64,000 nt of DNA from Patescibacteria group bacterium (GCA_028716045.1 JAQUQO010000001.1:64942-128941); one strand, 5' to 3'. Positions 26,686 to 36,882 are shown, counted from the first letter of the stretch. Program-made: numbers and translations. Notes: generated by a model not told the origin, from the letters alone.

Positions 26686-27672
26686 ATGGTTAATTTTAAT
26701 AATACGGAGAATAGACAAATAGAAAATACCCAGACAGTTGAGTCACCTCCGAGAGTGGGGGAGATTTATGTTATGCCCGAAAGATTTTATTTAAACCAAA
26801 GGGAAAAGGCGGGCAAAGGGTTAAAAATAGTTTTAATTGGGGGCGGAATTTTTATTGTTTGTGTGGTTGCCGCCGCCATTTTTGTTTTAAAGATGCCAGC
26901 GAGTGAAGCCCCGTTGCCGGTAGTTGAAAATGTGTTGCCAAAGGAAGAGATAGCGCCACCGCCGGAGGAAGTTAAGGTTGTTGAAGAAAAAAAAGAAGAA
27001 CCCGCTCCGTTAGCAGAAGAAATAACAGAGGAACCGGAAATTTCAAAAGAGGAAGAATCGTCACCCCCAGTCGTGACTTTGCCCAATATGCCGGCGGTTG
27101 GCCTAGATACCGACCGCGATAACTTTACCGATGCAGAGGAAACAATTTTTGGGACCGGTGTTAATTTACCAGATACCGACGAAGATGGTTATTTAGATGG
27201 TAATGAGGTAGCTAATTTATATAATCCCTTAGCTAAAGAAGGGATGCTTAAAGATTCTAATTTGGTTAAAATTTATAATAATTCGCAGTTTGGTTATAGT
27301 ATTTTTTACCCCTTAACCTGGGTGAGTAGAGTGATTGATAATACTGGTAAAGAAGTTATTTTTAATTCCGATACCGGAGAATTTATCCAGGTTATAGTTG
27401 AGGAAAATTCTTTGGGGCTTTCACCGCTTGATTGGTATCTGAATCAATCTCCGGGGATAGCCAAAGAGCAGATTCAGCCCGTTGAAACAAAAAATTTTTC
27501 CGGAGTATCAAGTTTAGACACGCTTACTGTTTATTTAGTGCCTAAAAATGGCGATGGGAAAAATATTTTTATTGTCACTTATAATATAGGGACGAAATCG
27601 GAAATGAGTTTTAAAACAATTTTCCAAATGATGGTAAATAGTTTTACTTTTAATCCAGGCGCTTCTTTATGA
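26686..27672 (+). CDS. Membrane protein with DxDxDG repeats and PsbP-like C-terminal domain
   Basis: TM, acidic linker, DTDEDGYLDG, YNNSQFGYSIFYPLTW...FQMMVNSF. Confidence 0.7.
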   Translation: MVNFNNTENRQIENTQTVESPPRVGEIYVMPERFYLNQREKAGKGLKIVLIGGGIFIVCVVAAAIFVLKMPASEAPLPVVENVLPKEEIAPPPEEVKVVEEKKEEPAPLAEEITEEPEISKEEESSPPVVTLPNMPAVGLDTDRDNFTDAEETIFGTGVNLPDTDEDGYLDGNEVANLYNPLAKEGMLKDSNLVKIYNNSQFGYSIFYPLTWVSRVIDNTGKEVIFNSDTGEFIQVIVEENSLGLSPLDWYLNQSPGIAKEQIQPVETKNFSGVSSLDTLTVYLVPKNGDGKNIFIVTYNIGTKSEMSFKTIFQMMVNSFTFNPGASL

Positions 27673-28100
27673 AGAGATTAGAAATAAATCAGCTGGCCGG
27701 TCGTCGTTTAAGGAAGAATGTTTTTACCGCGGTTTTTACAAAATTTTTAAAAAATGTCAAACGTAAAGGAAAAGGAGTTAGGGTTTCTTTAGCTATCGTT
27801 GATAACAGAATAATTAAGAAATTAAACAGTATTTATAGAAATAAAAAATTACCAACAGATGTGCTAAGTTTTTCTTATGGAGGGGAGAGCGGCAGAGAGG
27901 GGGAAATCATAATTTCCTATCCCCAAGCGAAAAAACAAGCAAAAGTTTACAGACATTCTTTAGAGAAAGAAATGCAGATTCTTTTTACCCACGGACTCTT
28001 GCACTTAGTCGGTTTTGACCACAAAACAGAAAAAGATAAAGTAAGGATGCATAAAAAAGAATGTGAAATTTTAGGGGAAGGCCTGTGCGAGAGGAATTAA
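27669..28100 (+). CDS. ybeY: Endoribonuclease YbeY
   Basis: LNSIYR..PTDVLSF, GEIIIS, HGLLHLVGFDH. Confidence 0.95.
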   Translation: MKRLEINQLAGRRLRKNVFTAVFTKFLKNVKRKGKGVRVSLAIVDNRIIKKLNSIYRNKKLPTDVLSFSYGGESGREGEIIISYPQAKKQAKVYRHSLEKEMQILFTHGLLHLVGFDHKTEKDKVRMHKKECEILGEGLCERN

Positions 28101-28119
28101 AAATTTAGACCGAATTTTT

Positions 28120-28491
28120 ATGTTGAGCTTATCAAGATTTTTCAAAAGTTTTCGTTACGCCGGCCGGGGCTTAAGGCAAGTTTTTAGGGAAGAACAAAGT
28201 TTTCGTTTACAGATTTTAGCGGCAATTTTAGTGGTAATTTTAGCATTTTATTTTCAAATTGCTACTTGGCAGATTATTGTTTTATTTTTAGTTATTACTT
28301 TAGTTTTAGTATTGGAGCTGATTAATAGTATTTTTGAAAGGATGGTGGATATAATCAAGCCCGGGATTCATGAATATGTCAGGGGGATTAAAGATATTAT
28401 GGCCGCGGCTGTTTTATTAGCTTCTTTAGCGGCAATAATAATTGGCCTTTTCATTTTTTGGCCATATTTGAGGGCAGTTGTTAGTTTTTGA
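28120..28491 (+). CDS. dgkA: Diacylglycerol/undecaprenol kinase family
   Basis: SFRYAGRGL..EQSFR, ELINSIFERMVD, KDIMAAAVL; follows ybeY. Confidence 0.9.
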   Translation: MLSLSRFFKSFRYAGRGLRQVFREEQSFRLQILAAILVVILAFYFQIATWQIIVLFLVITLVLVLELINSIFERMVDIIKPGIHEYVRGIKDIMAAAVLLASLAAIIIGLFIFWPYLRAVVSF

Positions 28492-28562
28492 TTTAAAATT
28501 TACAAATTAAAAATTGTATTTTCCCCTTTGCTTTTTAAATTAATTATTGTTATCATAAAGAT

Positions 28563-29810
28563 ATGATAAATGAAATTATTACCGGTTTGGACGTTGGCTC
28601 TTCGGCAGTGAGGATAGTGGTTGGGCAAAAGGATTCTCCGGAAGCAAAATTGCGGATTGTTGGTATTGCCGAAGTTCCTTCAGCCGGTGTAAATAAAGGA
28701 GTAATCACCAGCATTGATGATGCCAGCAATGCTATTTCGGCTTGTTTGGAAAAGGCCGAGAGAATGGTAGGCATACCGCTGGAACAGGCCTGGGTGGGAG
28801 TTTCGGGTCCTAATATTTTATCCCAAAGCAGTAAGGGAGTGGTGGCCGTTTCCAAGGTTGATGGAGAGATAAAAGAGGAGGATGTTGAACGCGCTATCGA
28901 GGCAGCCAAGACCGTAGTCAGTCCGCCAAACTACGAAATACTTCACGTGATTCCCAAAACCTTTACCGTTGATGGACAAGGAGGGATGAAGGACCCTATT
29001 GGTATGACCGGCATAAGATTAGAGGTGGATACACAAATTATTCAGGGTCTTTCCTCACAAGTTAATAATTTAACTAAATGTATTTATCGGACCGGTTTGG
29101 ATATAGAGGATTTAGTTTTTTCTATTTTAGCCGCTTCTGAAGCAGTAGCGACAAATAGACAAAAAGAACTTGGAACCGTGGTCATAAATATCGGCAGTTC
29201 CACGACCAGCCTTATTGTTTTTGAAGAAGGAGAGGTCATCCACACCGCCGTCTTACCTATCGGCGGAGATCATATAACTGCCGATATTGCCATAGGGCTA
29301 AGAATCTCTATTGACACAGCGGAGAAAATAAAAATTGAATACGGGTCGGCTCTTTCGCGGGAGTTTAACAAAAAAGAAGAAATCAATTTAGCGGAACTCG
29401 GGTCGGAAGAGGGCGTGGTTTCTCTGCGTTACGTGGCCGAAATAATTGAAGCCCGCGCGGAGGAAATTTTTGATAAAGTTGATAATGAACTTAAAAAAAT
29501 AGACCGCAGTGGTCTTCTGCCCGCCGGAGCTATTTTAACCGGAGGGAGTGTTAAGTTACGGGGGATAGTGGAGGTGGCTAAAAAACAGTTGCGCTTGCCG
29601 GCGGCCATTGGGCATGCCAAAGAAATAATATCCGCGATTGATAAGACGAATGATATTTCTTTCACTACCGCAGTCGGTTTAGTTTTATGGGGTGAGCAGA
29701 TTTTATCGCAGAATAAATCAAGTAAATTAACTCAATTTGTTTCGCGTTTTAAAAGTATTGATAAAGCGACGGGCCAGATAAGAAAATGGTTTAAAAATTT
29801 GTTGCCCTAA
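28563..29810 (+). CDS. ftsA: Cell division protein FtsA
   Basis: GLDVGSS, DPIGMTGIRLEV, GGDHITADIA, LTGG; precedes ftsZ. Confidence 0.96.
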   Translation: MINEIITGLDVGSSAVRIVVGQKDSPEAKLRIVGIAEVPSAGVNKGVITSIDDASNAISACLEKAERMVGIPLEQAWVGVSGPNILSQSSKGVVAVSKVDGEIKEEDVERAIEAAKTVVSPPNYEILHVIPKTFTVDGQGGMKDPIGMTGIRLEVDTQIIQGLSSQVNNLTKCIYRTGLDIEDLVFSILAASEAVATNRQKELGTVVINIGSSTTSLIVFEEGEVIHTAVLPIGGDHITADIAIGLRISIDTAEKIKIEYGSALSREFNKKEEINLAELGSEEGVVSLRYVAEIIEARAEEIFDKVDNELKKIDRSGLLPAGAILTGGSVKLRGIVEVAKKQLRLPAAIGHAKEIISAIDKTNDISFTTAVGLVLWGEQILSQNKSSKLTQFVSRFKSIDKATGQIRKWFKNLLP

Positions 29811-29838
29811 TTGGCGGAATTAAAGAGATCTATTATTC

Positions 29839-29867
29839 TTGACGTTTTTCCCGATACTCGTTATCAT
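29839..29867 (+). promoter_or_regulatory. Putative sigma70 promoter for ftsZ
   Basis: TTGACG-17 bp-TATCAT. Confidence 0.55.
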
Positions 29868-29907
29868 ATAATAAATTCCAGTAAATATTATAAATTTATC
29901 CTTTTAT

Positions 29908-31125
29908 ATGAAAGAAGTTAAACCAGAAGTGGAAACTTTTGCTAAAATTAAAGTAGTCGGCGTGGGCGGAAGCGGCGGTTCGGCTGTCAATAGAATGGTG
30001 AAATCAAATATCCAGGGTGTGGAATTTATTGCTATTAATACCGATGTCCAGGCTCTTCATTATTCCCAGGCCCCGACCAAATTACAGATCGGTAAGACGG
30101 TGACGCGAGGATTAGGCGCAGGCATGAATGCGGATTTAGGAAGACAATCGGCCGAAGAAAATCAAAATGAGATCAGGGATGTCCTGAAGGGGGCGGATAT
30201 GGTTTTTATCACTTGCGGTTTGGGTGGAGGAACAGGTACGGGAGCTGCTCCAATTGTCGCCCAACTTTCTCGGGAGATAGGCGCTTTAACTGTGGCGGTG
30301 GTGACTAAGCCGTTTTCTTTTGAAGGAGCCCAGAGAAGAGAATTGGCGGAAAAAGGCCTGGATAATTTAAGAGATAAAGTAGACACGATAATTACCATAC
30401 CTAATGATCGCCTGCTTCAGATTATAGACAAAAGGACCTCTTTGTTGGAAGCTTTTTCAATAGTAGATAACGTATTGGAACAAGGCGTGCGCGGTATATC
30501 GGAAATCATCACCGTCCCCGGGCTTATTAATGTTGATTTTGCCGATGTAAAAGCCGTTATGGCTGATACTGGCTCGGCTTTAATGGGAATCGGCTGCGCT
30601 AAAGGAGAAGCGAGAGCAGTAGAAGCGGCTAAGGCGGCCGTTTCTAGTCCGCTTTTGGAATCTTCTATTGAGGGCGCCAAGGGGATACTTTTTACTATTG
30701 CCGGTAGTCCCGATTTGGGCATGCACGAAGTAGATGAGGCCGCTAAAATTGTTACTTCCTCTGCCGACCCAAGCGCTAAGATTATCTTTGGCGCGGTGAT
30801 TGATAAAGAGATGAAGGACGAAGTAAAAGTTACGGTGGTGGCTACGGGTTTTGACAACAGAGACTTGTCTCATTTAATCGGCAATAATATCAGTCGGGTG
30901 GAACAAAATAATTATCAGCCGACCACTTTTGTGCAATCTAAAGTTAATAAGCCGTCGGTTGAAGAAAAAAAAGAAGAAAGGCAGCCAGTCGCCCGAAAGG
31001 AATTTATCAAGAAACCGTTAAAAAGAGATTTTACTGTCAAAAGCAATGAGTTCAAAAAAAATATCGTCGGCGAAGAAGACGAGGATTTAGAAATTCCAGC
31101 CTTTATCAGAAGAAAAATGATGTAG
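29908..31125 (+). CDS. ftsZ: Cell division protein FtsZ
   Basis: [24 protein letters not shown]-terminal LEIPAFIR. Confidence 0.98.
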   Translation: MKEVKPEVETFAKIKVVGVGGSGGSAVNRMVKSNIQGVEFIAINTDVQALHYSQAPTKLQIGKTVTRGLGAGMNADLGRQSAEENQNEIRDVLKGADMVFITCGLGGGTGTGAAPIVAQLSREIGALTVAVVTKPFSFEGAQRRELAEKGLDNLRDKVDTIITIPNDRLLQIIDKRTSLLEAFSIVDNVLEQGVRGISEIITVPGLINVDFADVKAVMADTGSALMGIGCAKGEARAVEAAKAAVSSPLLESSIEGAKGILFTIAGSPDLGMHEVDEAAKIVTSSADPSAKIIFGAVIDKEMKDEVKVTVVATGFDNRDLSHLIGNNISRVEQNNYQPTTFVQSKVNKPSVEEKKEERQPVARKEFIKKPLKRDFTVKSNEFKKNIVGEEDEDLEIPAFIRRKMM

Positions 31126-31166
31126 AGAGTATCGGCGGAAAGGCAGGGGCGATGACTTTTTTATAA

Positions 31167-31194
31167 AAAACAGTTCGTTTAGGCGAGCTGTTTT
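31167..31194 (+). terminator. Intrinsic terminator after ftsZ
   Basis: aaaacagttcgt-tta-ggcgagctgtttt. Confidence 0.6.
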
Positions 31195-31253
31195 AAAATT
31201 TCCAGAAGAGTGTTATAATAATAAGAGCTATTTTTAATTTTTAATTTATTTTT

Positions 31254-31763
31254 ATGCATTGCCCTGTTTGCAATAACATTGATACTAAAGTAAATGATTC
31301 GCGTTTAACTTCTGATAATTTAGGTATCCGACGGCGTCGAGAATGTCTAAAATGCGGGTTTAGATTTTCCACCATAGAAGAGATGGAAATTTTAGATTTG
31401 ACAGTAACAAAAAGAAATGGCGAGAAAGAGGCTTACTCCCGGGAAAAAATTGAGCGGGGGCTAAAGAAAGCTCTGGAAAAAAGGCCGGTTATGGCCGAGG
31501 ACTTTAAAAAGCTTATTCATAATATTGAGCGCGATATCCAGAAGAAAAAGAAGCGCGAAATCACCAGCAAGGAAATTGGCGAGATAATAATGAAAAAATT
31601 GAAAAATTTTGACGAAGTCGCTTACATCCGTTTTGCTTCAGTTTATCGTTCCTTCGAAGATGTGGAGACCTTTCAGAGAGAGTTAAATAACCTTTTAAGG
31701 CCGTCGTCCCGTTCAGCGGCCGTAAAGAAGAAAAATTTATGGAGGAAGAAATCAAAAAAATAG
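31254..31763 (+). CDS. nrdR: Transcriptional repressor NrdR
   Basis: CPVC..DSR..IRRRRECLKCGFRFST, ATP cone, DEVAYIRFASVYR. Confidence 0.96.
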   Translation: MHCPVCNNIDTKVNDSRLTSDNLGIRRRRECLKCGFRFSTIEEMEILDLTVTKRNGEKEAYSREKIERGLKKALEKRPVMAEDFKKLIHNIERDIQKKKKREITSKEIGEIIMKKLKNFDEVAYIRFASVYRSFEDVETFQRELNNLLRPSSRSAAVKKKNLWRKKSKK

Positions 31764-31951
31764 CAGATAATCAAGGGGAGATTTTACGGCGCTTAAAGAA
31801 GATAGAATTTTGTATTAAACTGGCCGGGGCTTGGGCTGTTTTAAAAATAATATTATTTTTAATACCTCTGATTTTAGCGGTCATCTATTTACCGCCGTAT
31901 ATTAGGGAGATTGTTAGTGATTATTTAAATTTGATAAATAGAATGAATTGA
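31739..31951 (+). CDS. Small membrane hypothetical protein
   Basis: 70-aa ORF filling the operon gap, with one TM ending YLPP. Confidence 0.6.
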   Translation: MEEEIKKIADNQGEILRRLKKIEFCIKLAGAWAVLKIILFLIPLILAVIYLPPYIREIVSDYLNLINRMN

Positions 31952-31952
31952 G

Positions 31953-32273
31953 ATGCGCGATTTTAAAAAGTCGGTTTTAGCCCTCACCGCCCGGATACCT
32001 AGCGGCAGAGTTACAACCTATAAAATTTTATCCCACGCCGCCGGTCACTCTGGGGCCTGGCGCGCCGTGGCTAATGTTTTGGCAAAGAATAAAAATTATA
32101 AAGAGATACCTTGCCATCGCGTTATAAAGTCAGATGGGAGCTTGGGGGAGTATAATCGGGGAGTAAAAAAGAAAAGAAAATTGTTATTGGAGGAGGGGGT
32201 GAGGGTAGGGAAGAAAAAGATAGTTGAATTGGAGCGGAATTTGTACTATTTTAAGTTCAACAAAAATAAATAA
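31953..32273 (+). CDS. MGMT family methylated-DNA--protein-cysteine methyltransferase
   Basis: IPSGRVTTY, RAVAN, IPCHRVI active-site motif. Confidence 0.9.
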   Translation: MRDFKKSVLALTARIPSGRVTTYKILSHAAGHSGAWRAVANVLAKNKNYKEIPCHRVIKSDGSLGEYNRGVKKKRKLLLEEGVRVGKKKIVELERNLYYFKFNKNK

Positions 32274-32282
32274 TCGAAACAT

Positions 32283-33563
32283 ATGTCTGAACAACAATTT
32301 TATTCATTCAAAAAAATAATTGTCGTCGCCATTTTGGTGAGTTTAGTTGTTGGAGGAATTACCGGAGGTGTAGCCGGAGTTATCTTGGGGAGTTTGGCAA
32401 AAACCGCTCCGGAGTGGCTTAGCGGTTTTGGTTTAGAACTTAAGAATAACGGCGATGATTCAATTAAAGAAAAGAACAAAATTGTAACCGTGGAAGAAGA
32501 GTCGGCAACCATTGACGCGGTAAAAAAAGTTTCTCCGTCGGTTGTCAGTATAGTAATCACCAAAGATTTAAGTAAAATTTATAATTTGACCGGTCCCAAT
32601 ATTTTCCCCTTTGACGATTTTTTTGAGTTTGGTTTCCCCTCTAATAATAATGGCACTGATTCGGGAGACGGTAATTCGGATGTAGAGAAAACAGAAGTCG
32701 GCGGCGGGACGGGATTTATTATTTCAGCCGATGGTCTCATTTTAACTAATAAGCACGTAGTTTCTGATAATGAAGCGAGCTATACGGTTATTACGAGCGG
32801 TGGGGAACGTTATGAAGCCAAAGTTTTAAGTGAGGATTTTTTAAATGATATTGCTATTTTAAAAATAGATGCCAAGAATCTGCCGGTAGTGGAGTTCGGC
32901 AATTCCGATGATTTGGAAATAGGTCAGACCGTTATTGCTATTGGCAATACTTTGGCAGAATATAGAAATACCGTCACTAAAGGAGTTATCAGCGGAATTG
33001 ACAGAAAGGTGACCGCCGGTGACGGGCTGGGTCAAAGCGAGGTGATAGAAGGCGCGATTCAGACTGATGCAGCTATTAATCCGGGCAATTCCGGCGGGCC
33101 ACTCATCAATTTATCTGGGCAAGTTATAGGTGTTAATACTGCCATCAACCGTTCGGGGCAACTCGTGGGGTTCGCTATCCCGATAAACAGCGTAAAGCCG
33201 GCGATTGAAAGTGTCAAAACATACGGGAAAATAATCAGGCCGTTTTTAGGAGTGCGCTATGTTTTATTAAACGAACAAATTGCTAAAGCTAATAATCTTA
33301 GCGTTGATTACGGAGCTTTAATTATTCGCGGCAGGAATACGACCGATTTAGCTATTATCCCGGGAAGCCCGGCGGATAAGGCGGGCCTAGTGGAGAACGA
33401 TATTATTTTGGAAATTAACGGTCAGAAAATAGATGCGGAAACTAATTTAGCTCGCCAGATAGTCAAATATCAGCCCGGCGAGGAAGTAGAAATGAAGATT
33501 TATAATAAGGGCGAGGAGAAAATAGTAAAAGTGAAGTTAGAAGAATATAAGGAGAATCAGTAG
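32283..33563 (+). CDS. htrA: HtrA/DegP-type serine protease with PDZ domain
   Basis: TM, GTGFII, TNKHVV, IQTDAAINPGNSGGPL, and PDZ (GSPADKAGL). Confidence 0.93.
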   Translation: MSEQQFYSFKKIIVVAILVSLVVGGITGGVAGVILGSLAKTAPEWLSGFGLELKNNGDDSIKEKNKIVTVEEESATIDAVKKVSPSVVSIVITKDLSKIYNLTGPNIFPFDDFFEFGFPSNNNGTDSGDGNSDVEKTEVGGGTGFIISADGLILTNKHVVSDNEASYTVITSGGERYEAKVLSEDFLNDIAILKIDAKNLPVVEFGNSDDLEIGQTVIAIGNTLAEYRNTVTKGVISGIDRKVTAGDGLGQSEVIEGAIQTDAAINPGNSGGPLINLSGQVIGVNTAINRSGQLVGFAIPINSVKPAIESVKTYGKIIRPFLGVRYVLLNEQIAKANNLSVDYGALIIRGRNTTDLAIIPGSPADKAGLVENDIILEINGQKIDAETNLARQIVKYQPGEEVEMKIYNKGEEKIVKVKLEEYKENQ

Positions 33564-33604
33564 AAACCAGAGTGTTAAAATTTTAATGTCAAATATCAAA
33601 TTTT

Positions 33605-34703
33605 ATGTCTGACGTTTTAAATAAATTTTTTGAACTCCAAAAACGGGTCAAGGAAACACGGAGGTTGCTTTGACCATGTCCAAAAGCTGCAAAAACTAAA
33701 GGAGCTGGAAAGAGAGATGGCTGAACCGGAGTTTTGGTCTAACCAAAAAAAAGCAAAAAAGATTAGCCAACAGTTTACGGAGTTAGAGGAAGAGCTGGAA
33801 ATTTGGGGAAAATTATCAGGGGAAATAAATGATTTGATTGAGATTCTAAAATCTTCACCTGCGGACAAAGAAATTTCAAAAGAGTCGGGGAAAAGATTGG
33901 CGGATTTAGAAAGGCGGTTTAGCGGATTGGAGTTTGCTTTGCTTTTTCGTGGTAAGCATGACCGAGCTAACGCTATTTTGTCTATTAATGCCGGTGCCGG
34001 AGGGGTTGACGCGCAGGATTGGGCAGAAATGCTTTTAAGGATGTATTCAAGGTTTGCCGAAAGGAAAGGTTGGCAGGTCAAAATTTTAGAAGAAAGCCGC
34101 GGGAACGAGGCAGGCATAAAAAGTGTTACGATTCAGATGGCCGGCACTTACGCGTACGGCTGGTTAAAATCCGAAGCCGGAGTTCATCGTTTGGTGCGTA
34201 TTTCGCCTTTTGACGCGGCCAAGATGCGCCACACCTCATTTTCTTCCGTGGAAGTTTTGCCCGAATTGGAGACTGCGGAAATAAAGATAGACCCAAACGA
34301 TTTAAGAATAGATACTTTTATGTCTTCCGGACATGGCGGGCAGGGAGTCAATACTACTTATTCGGCGGTGCGGATTGTCCATATCCCAACGGGACTAAGC
34401 GCCGCTTGTCAGAATGAACGTTCGCAGGCGCAAAATAAAGAAATGGCTTTGAAAATTATCGCCGCCAAATTGCAAACTTTTTTAGAAAACGAGCAGAAGA
34501 AGGAAAGAGAAAAAATTCGCGGGGAGGTTAAGCCGGCGGAGTGGGGCAGTCAGATTCGTTCCTATGTTTTACACCCTTATAAAATGATTAAGGACCATCG
34601 CACCGGCTTTGAGACAAGTGAGGTTAGGGAGGTGCTGGATGGAGAATTAGAAAAGATTATTGAAGCATATCTGAGAGCCGGAATTAGACAGTATTTTTAT
34701 TAA
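33605..34703 (+). CDS. prfB: Peptide chain release factor 2 (programmed +1 frameshift)
   Basis: The ATG at 33605 reads MSDVLNKFFELQKRVKETRRLL up to CTT TGA C (33668-33674). The +1 frame continues DHVQKL... with SPF and GGQ motifs. Confidence 0.96.
33660..33674 (+). promoter_or_regulatory. RF2 frameshift cassette
   Basis: GGAGG-ttg-CTT-TGA-C: internal SD 3 nt before the slippery Leu codon and UGA-C stop. Confidence 0.93.
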
Positions 34704-34710
34704 TTTTTTT

Positions 34711-35655
34711 ATGTCCAGAGTTTTAGTTACCGGCGGAGCGGGATTTGTCGGTTCTCATCTCGTTGATGCGTTGATTAAAAAAGATTTTAAAGTTGTAGCG
34801 GTTGATGATTTATCAACCGGCAAAAAATCCAATCTTAACCCCCGCGCTAAATTTTATAAATTAGATATCTCCGGCCCGAAGCTGGAGAATGTTTTTAAAA
34901 AAGAAAAACCAGATTACGTTTTTCACTACGCCGCCCAGATGGACGTGAGAAAATCGGTGGCCGACCCTTTATTTGACGCGCGCGTCAATATCTTGGGCGG
35001 GCTGAATGTTATTGCTAACGCGCAAAAATATAAAATCAAAAAAATAATTTTTGCTTCCTCCGGAGGGGCGGTATATGGAGAATCCTCACTCTTGCCAACG
35101 CCGGAGAGCGCCCCCACCAACCCCGTGTGCCCTTACGGTGTCAGCAAACTCGCTGCCGAAAAATACCTGTGTTATTTTTGGAAGCAATTTGGTATTCCTT
35201 ACGTCGCGTTGCGTTTCGCCAATATCTACGGGCCTCGCCAACGGTCAGACGGCGAGGCAGGAGTGGTGGCTATTTTCATCAGTAAGATTTTGCAGGGCGA
35301 ACAGCCAATTATTAACGGCGACGGACGGCAGACGAGGGACTATGTTTATATTGATGACGTGGTTAAGGCCAGTTTGGTGGCTTTAAAAAAATCAGCCGCT
35401 GGTTCTTATAACATCGGTACTGGGCGGGAGACGGATGTAAACAAAATTTTTAAACTCATTGCGAAAAATTTCGCGTATCCGGTAAAAGTAATCCGCGGCC
35501 CCGCTAAACCGGGCGAGCAGAGGAGGAGTGTTCTTGATGCCCGAAAAATAAAAAAAGAATTGGGCTGGTCGCCGCGAATTTCCATTGAAGAGGGGATTAA
35601 AAAAACAGCAGAGTGGATAAAAAAATTTAAAATTAAAAATGGAAAATTACAATGA
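34711..35655 (+). CDS. NAD-dependent epimerase/dehydratase (UDP-glucose 4-epimerase-like)
   Basis: VTGGAGFVGSH, YGVSK, YGPRQ, TRDYVYIDD. Confidence 0.92.
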   Translation: MSRVLVTGGAGFVGSHLVDALIKKDFKVVAVDDLSTGKKSNLNPRAKFYKLDISGPKLENVFKKEKPDYVFHYAAQMDVRKSVADPLFDARVNILGGLNVIANAQKYKIKKIIFASSGGAVYGESSLLPTPESAPTNPVCPYGVSKLAAEKYLCYFWKQFGIPYVALRFANIYGPRQRSDGEAGVVAIFISKILQGEQPIINGDGRQTRDYVYIDDVVKASLVALKKSAAGSYNIGTGRETDVNKIFKLIAKNFAYPVKVIRGPAKPGEQRRSVLDARKIKKELGWSPRISIEEGIKKTAEWIKKFKIKNGKLQ

Positions 35656-36004
35656 AAAATTAAAAATTGACATCAAAAAGAGGGCCTATATTTTTAGTTT
35701 AGAAATATTGCGATTTTTGCGGGGTTTAGATAGGAAAGATTGGATACTTGAGGTAATGACTAAACAACTGCTCCGTTGCGCTACAAGCATTGGTGCCAAT
35801 ATTATTGAGGCGCAGGCCGCTAGTTCAAGGAAAGATTTTATTAATTTTCTCACCGTCGCCCTAAAATCAGCTAATGAAACAAAATATTGGCTCGGCTTAC
35901 TGCGCGATGGTCAAAAATTAGACATCGACAAACTTTTAAAGGAAGTAGATGAACTTTCTAAGATACTTGCTGCTATTATTATGAGTGCAAAAGGTAAAAG
36001 ATAA
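35639..36004 (+). CDS. Four-helix-bundle protein (23S rRNA IVS-protein-like)
   Basis: QLLRCATSIGANIIEAQAASSRKDFINFLTVALKSANETKYWL; bracketed by inverted heptamer arrays. Confidence 0.9.
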   Translation: MENYNEKLKIDIKKRAYIFSLEILRFLRGLDRKDWILEVMTKQLLRCATSIGANIIEAQAASSRKDFINFLTVALKSANETKYWLGLLRDGQKLDIDKLLKEVDELSKILAAIIMSAKGKR

Positions 36005-36030
36005 TTTTACATTTTGCATTTTTAATTTTT

Positions 36031-36882
36031 ATGATGAATCTTTCTTCTCTTAGTTTTATTCGCCAACTATGCATTGATAATGGCATCAGCCCGCAAAAAC
36101 ATCGCGGGCAGAATTTTTTAGTGGACAAAAATGTGCTGGATAAAATGTTGAGGTTAGCCGAGGTCAAAAAGACGGATACAATCTTGGAGATTGGCCCGGG
36201 CTTCGGCGTTTTGACCGAAGCGCTGGCGCGCCAAGCCAAAAAAGTTGTGGCCGTGGAGTTGGATAAAAAAATCTTCCCGATTTTAAAGAATACCTTTAGG
36301 GGCCATAAGAATATAATATTAGTTAACGAGGATATTTTAAAATTTAGAGTTACAAGTTATAAGTTTCAAGATTTGGGTTATCGCCTCATTGCCAACCTGC
36401 CATACAGCATTACTTCCGCCGTTTTACAAAAATTTTTGACAGACGAACCTCGCCCCAAGGATATAATTATATTAATCCAGTGGGACGTTGCCGAGCGCAT
36501 TTTGGCCAAACCGGGCGAGATGAGCTTACTCGCCATAAGCGTCCAATTGTACGGCCAGCCGGAAATTTTAATGAAAGTGCGACCCGGAAGTTTTTGGCCA
36601 AAGCCGGGGGTAGAGAGCGCCCTTTTGAAAATCGAAGTAGGGGAAAGGCATGGAGGGTCAAAGGAAGATTTTGATGACCGCCTTTTTTGGCAGGTAGTTA
36701 AAGCCGGGTTTCGGGCAAAAAGAAAGCAATTGGTAAATAACTTGTCTAGGAATTTAGAAATATCGAAAGAAACGGCAGTAAAGTGGATAATTGCGGCCGG
36801 GTTGGACCCCAAGATAAGGGCGGAAGGGTTAAGCGTGGAAGATTGGCTAAGGTTAGCTAAAATTACTCCAATTAAAGCATAA
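36031..36882 (+). CDS. rsmA: 16S rRNA m6,2A dimethyltransferase
   Basis: GQNFL, LEIGPGFG, ANLPYSIT, FWPKPGVES, KRKQL. Confidence 0.95.
   Translation: MMNLSSLSFIRQLCIDNGISPQKHRGQNFLVDKNVLDKMLRLAEVKKTDTILEIGPGFGVLTEALARQAKKVVAVELDKKIFPILKNTFRGHKNIILVNEDILKFRVTSYKFQDLGYRLIANLPYSITSAVLQKFLTDEPRPKDIIILIQWDVAERILAKPGEMSLLAISVQLYGQPEILMKVRPGSFWPKPGVESALLKIEVGERHGGSKEDFDDRLFWQVVKAGFRAKRKQLVNNLSRNLEISKETAVKWIIAAGLDPKIRAEGLSVEDWLRLAKITPIKA

Noticed and set aside
31699-31721. ggccg..cggcc hairpin in the nrdR 3' end
   Set aside because: The stem is too short to distinguish from chance.
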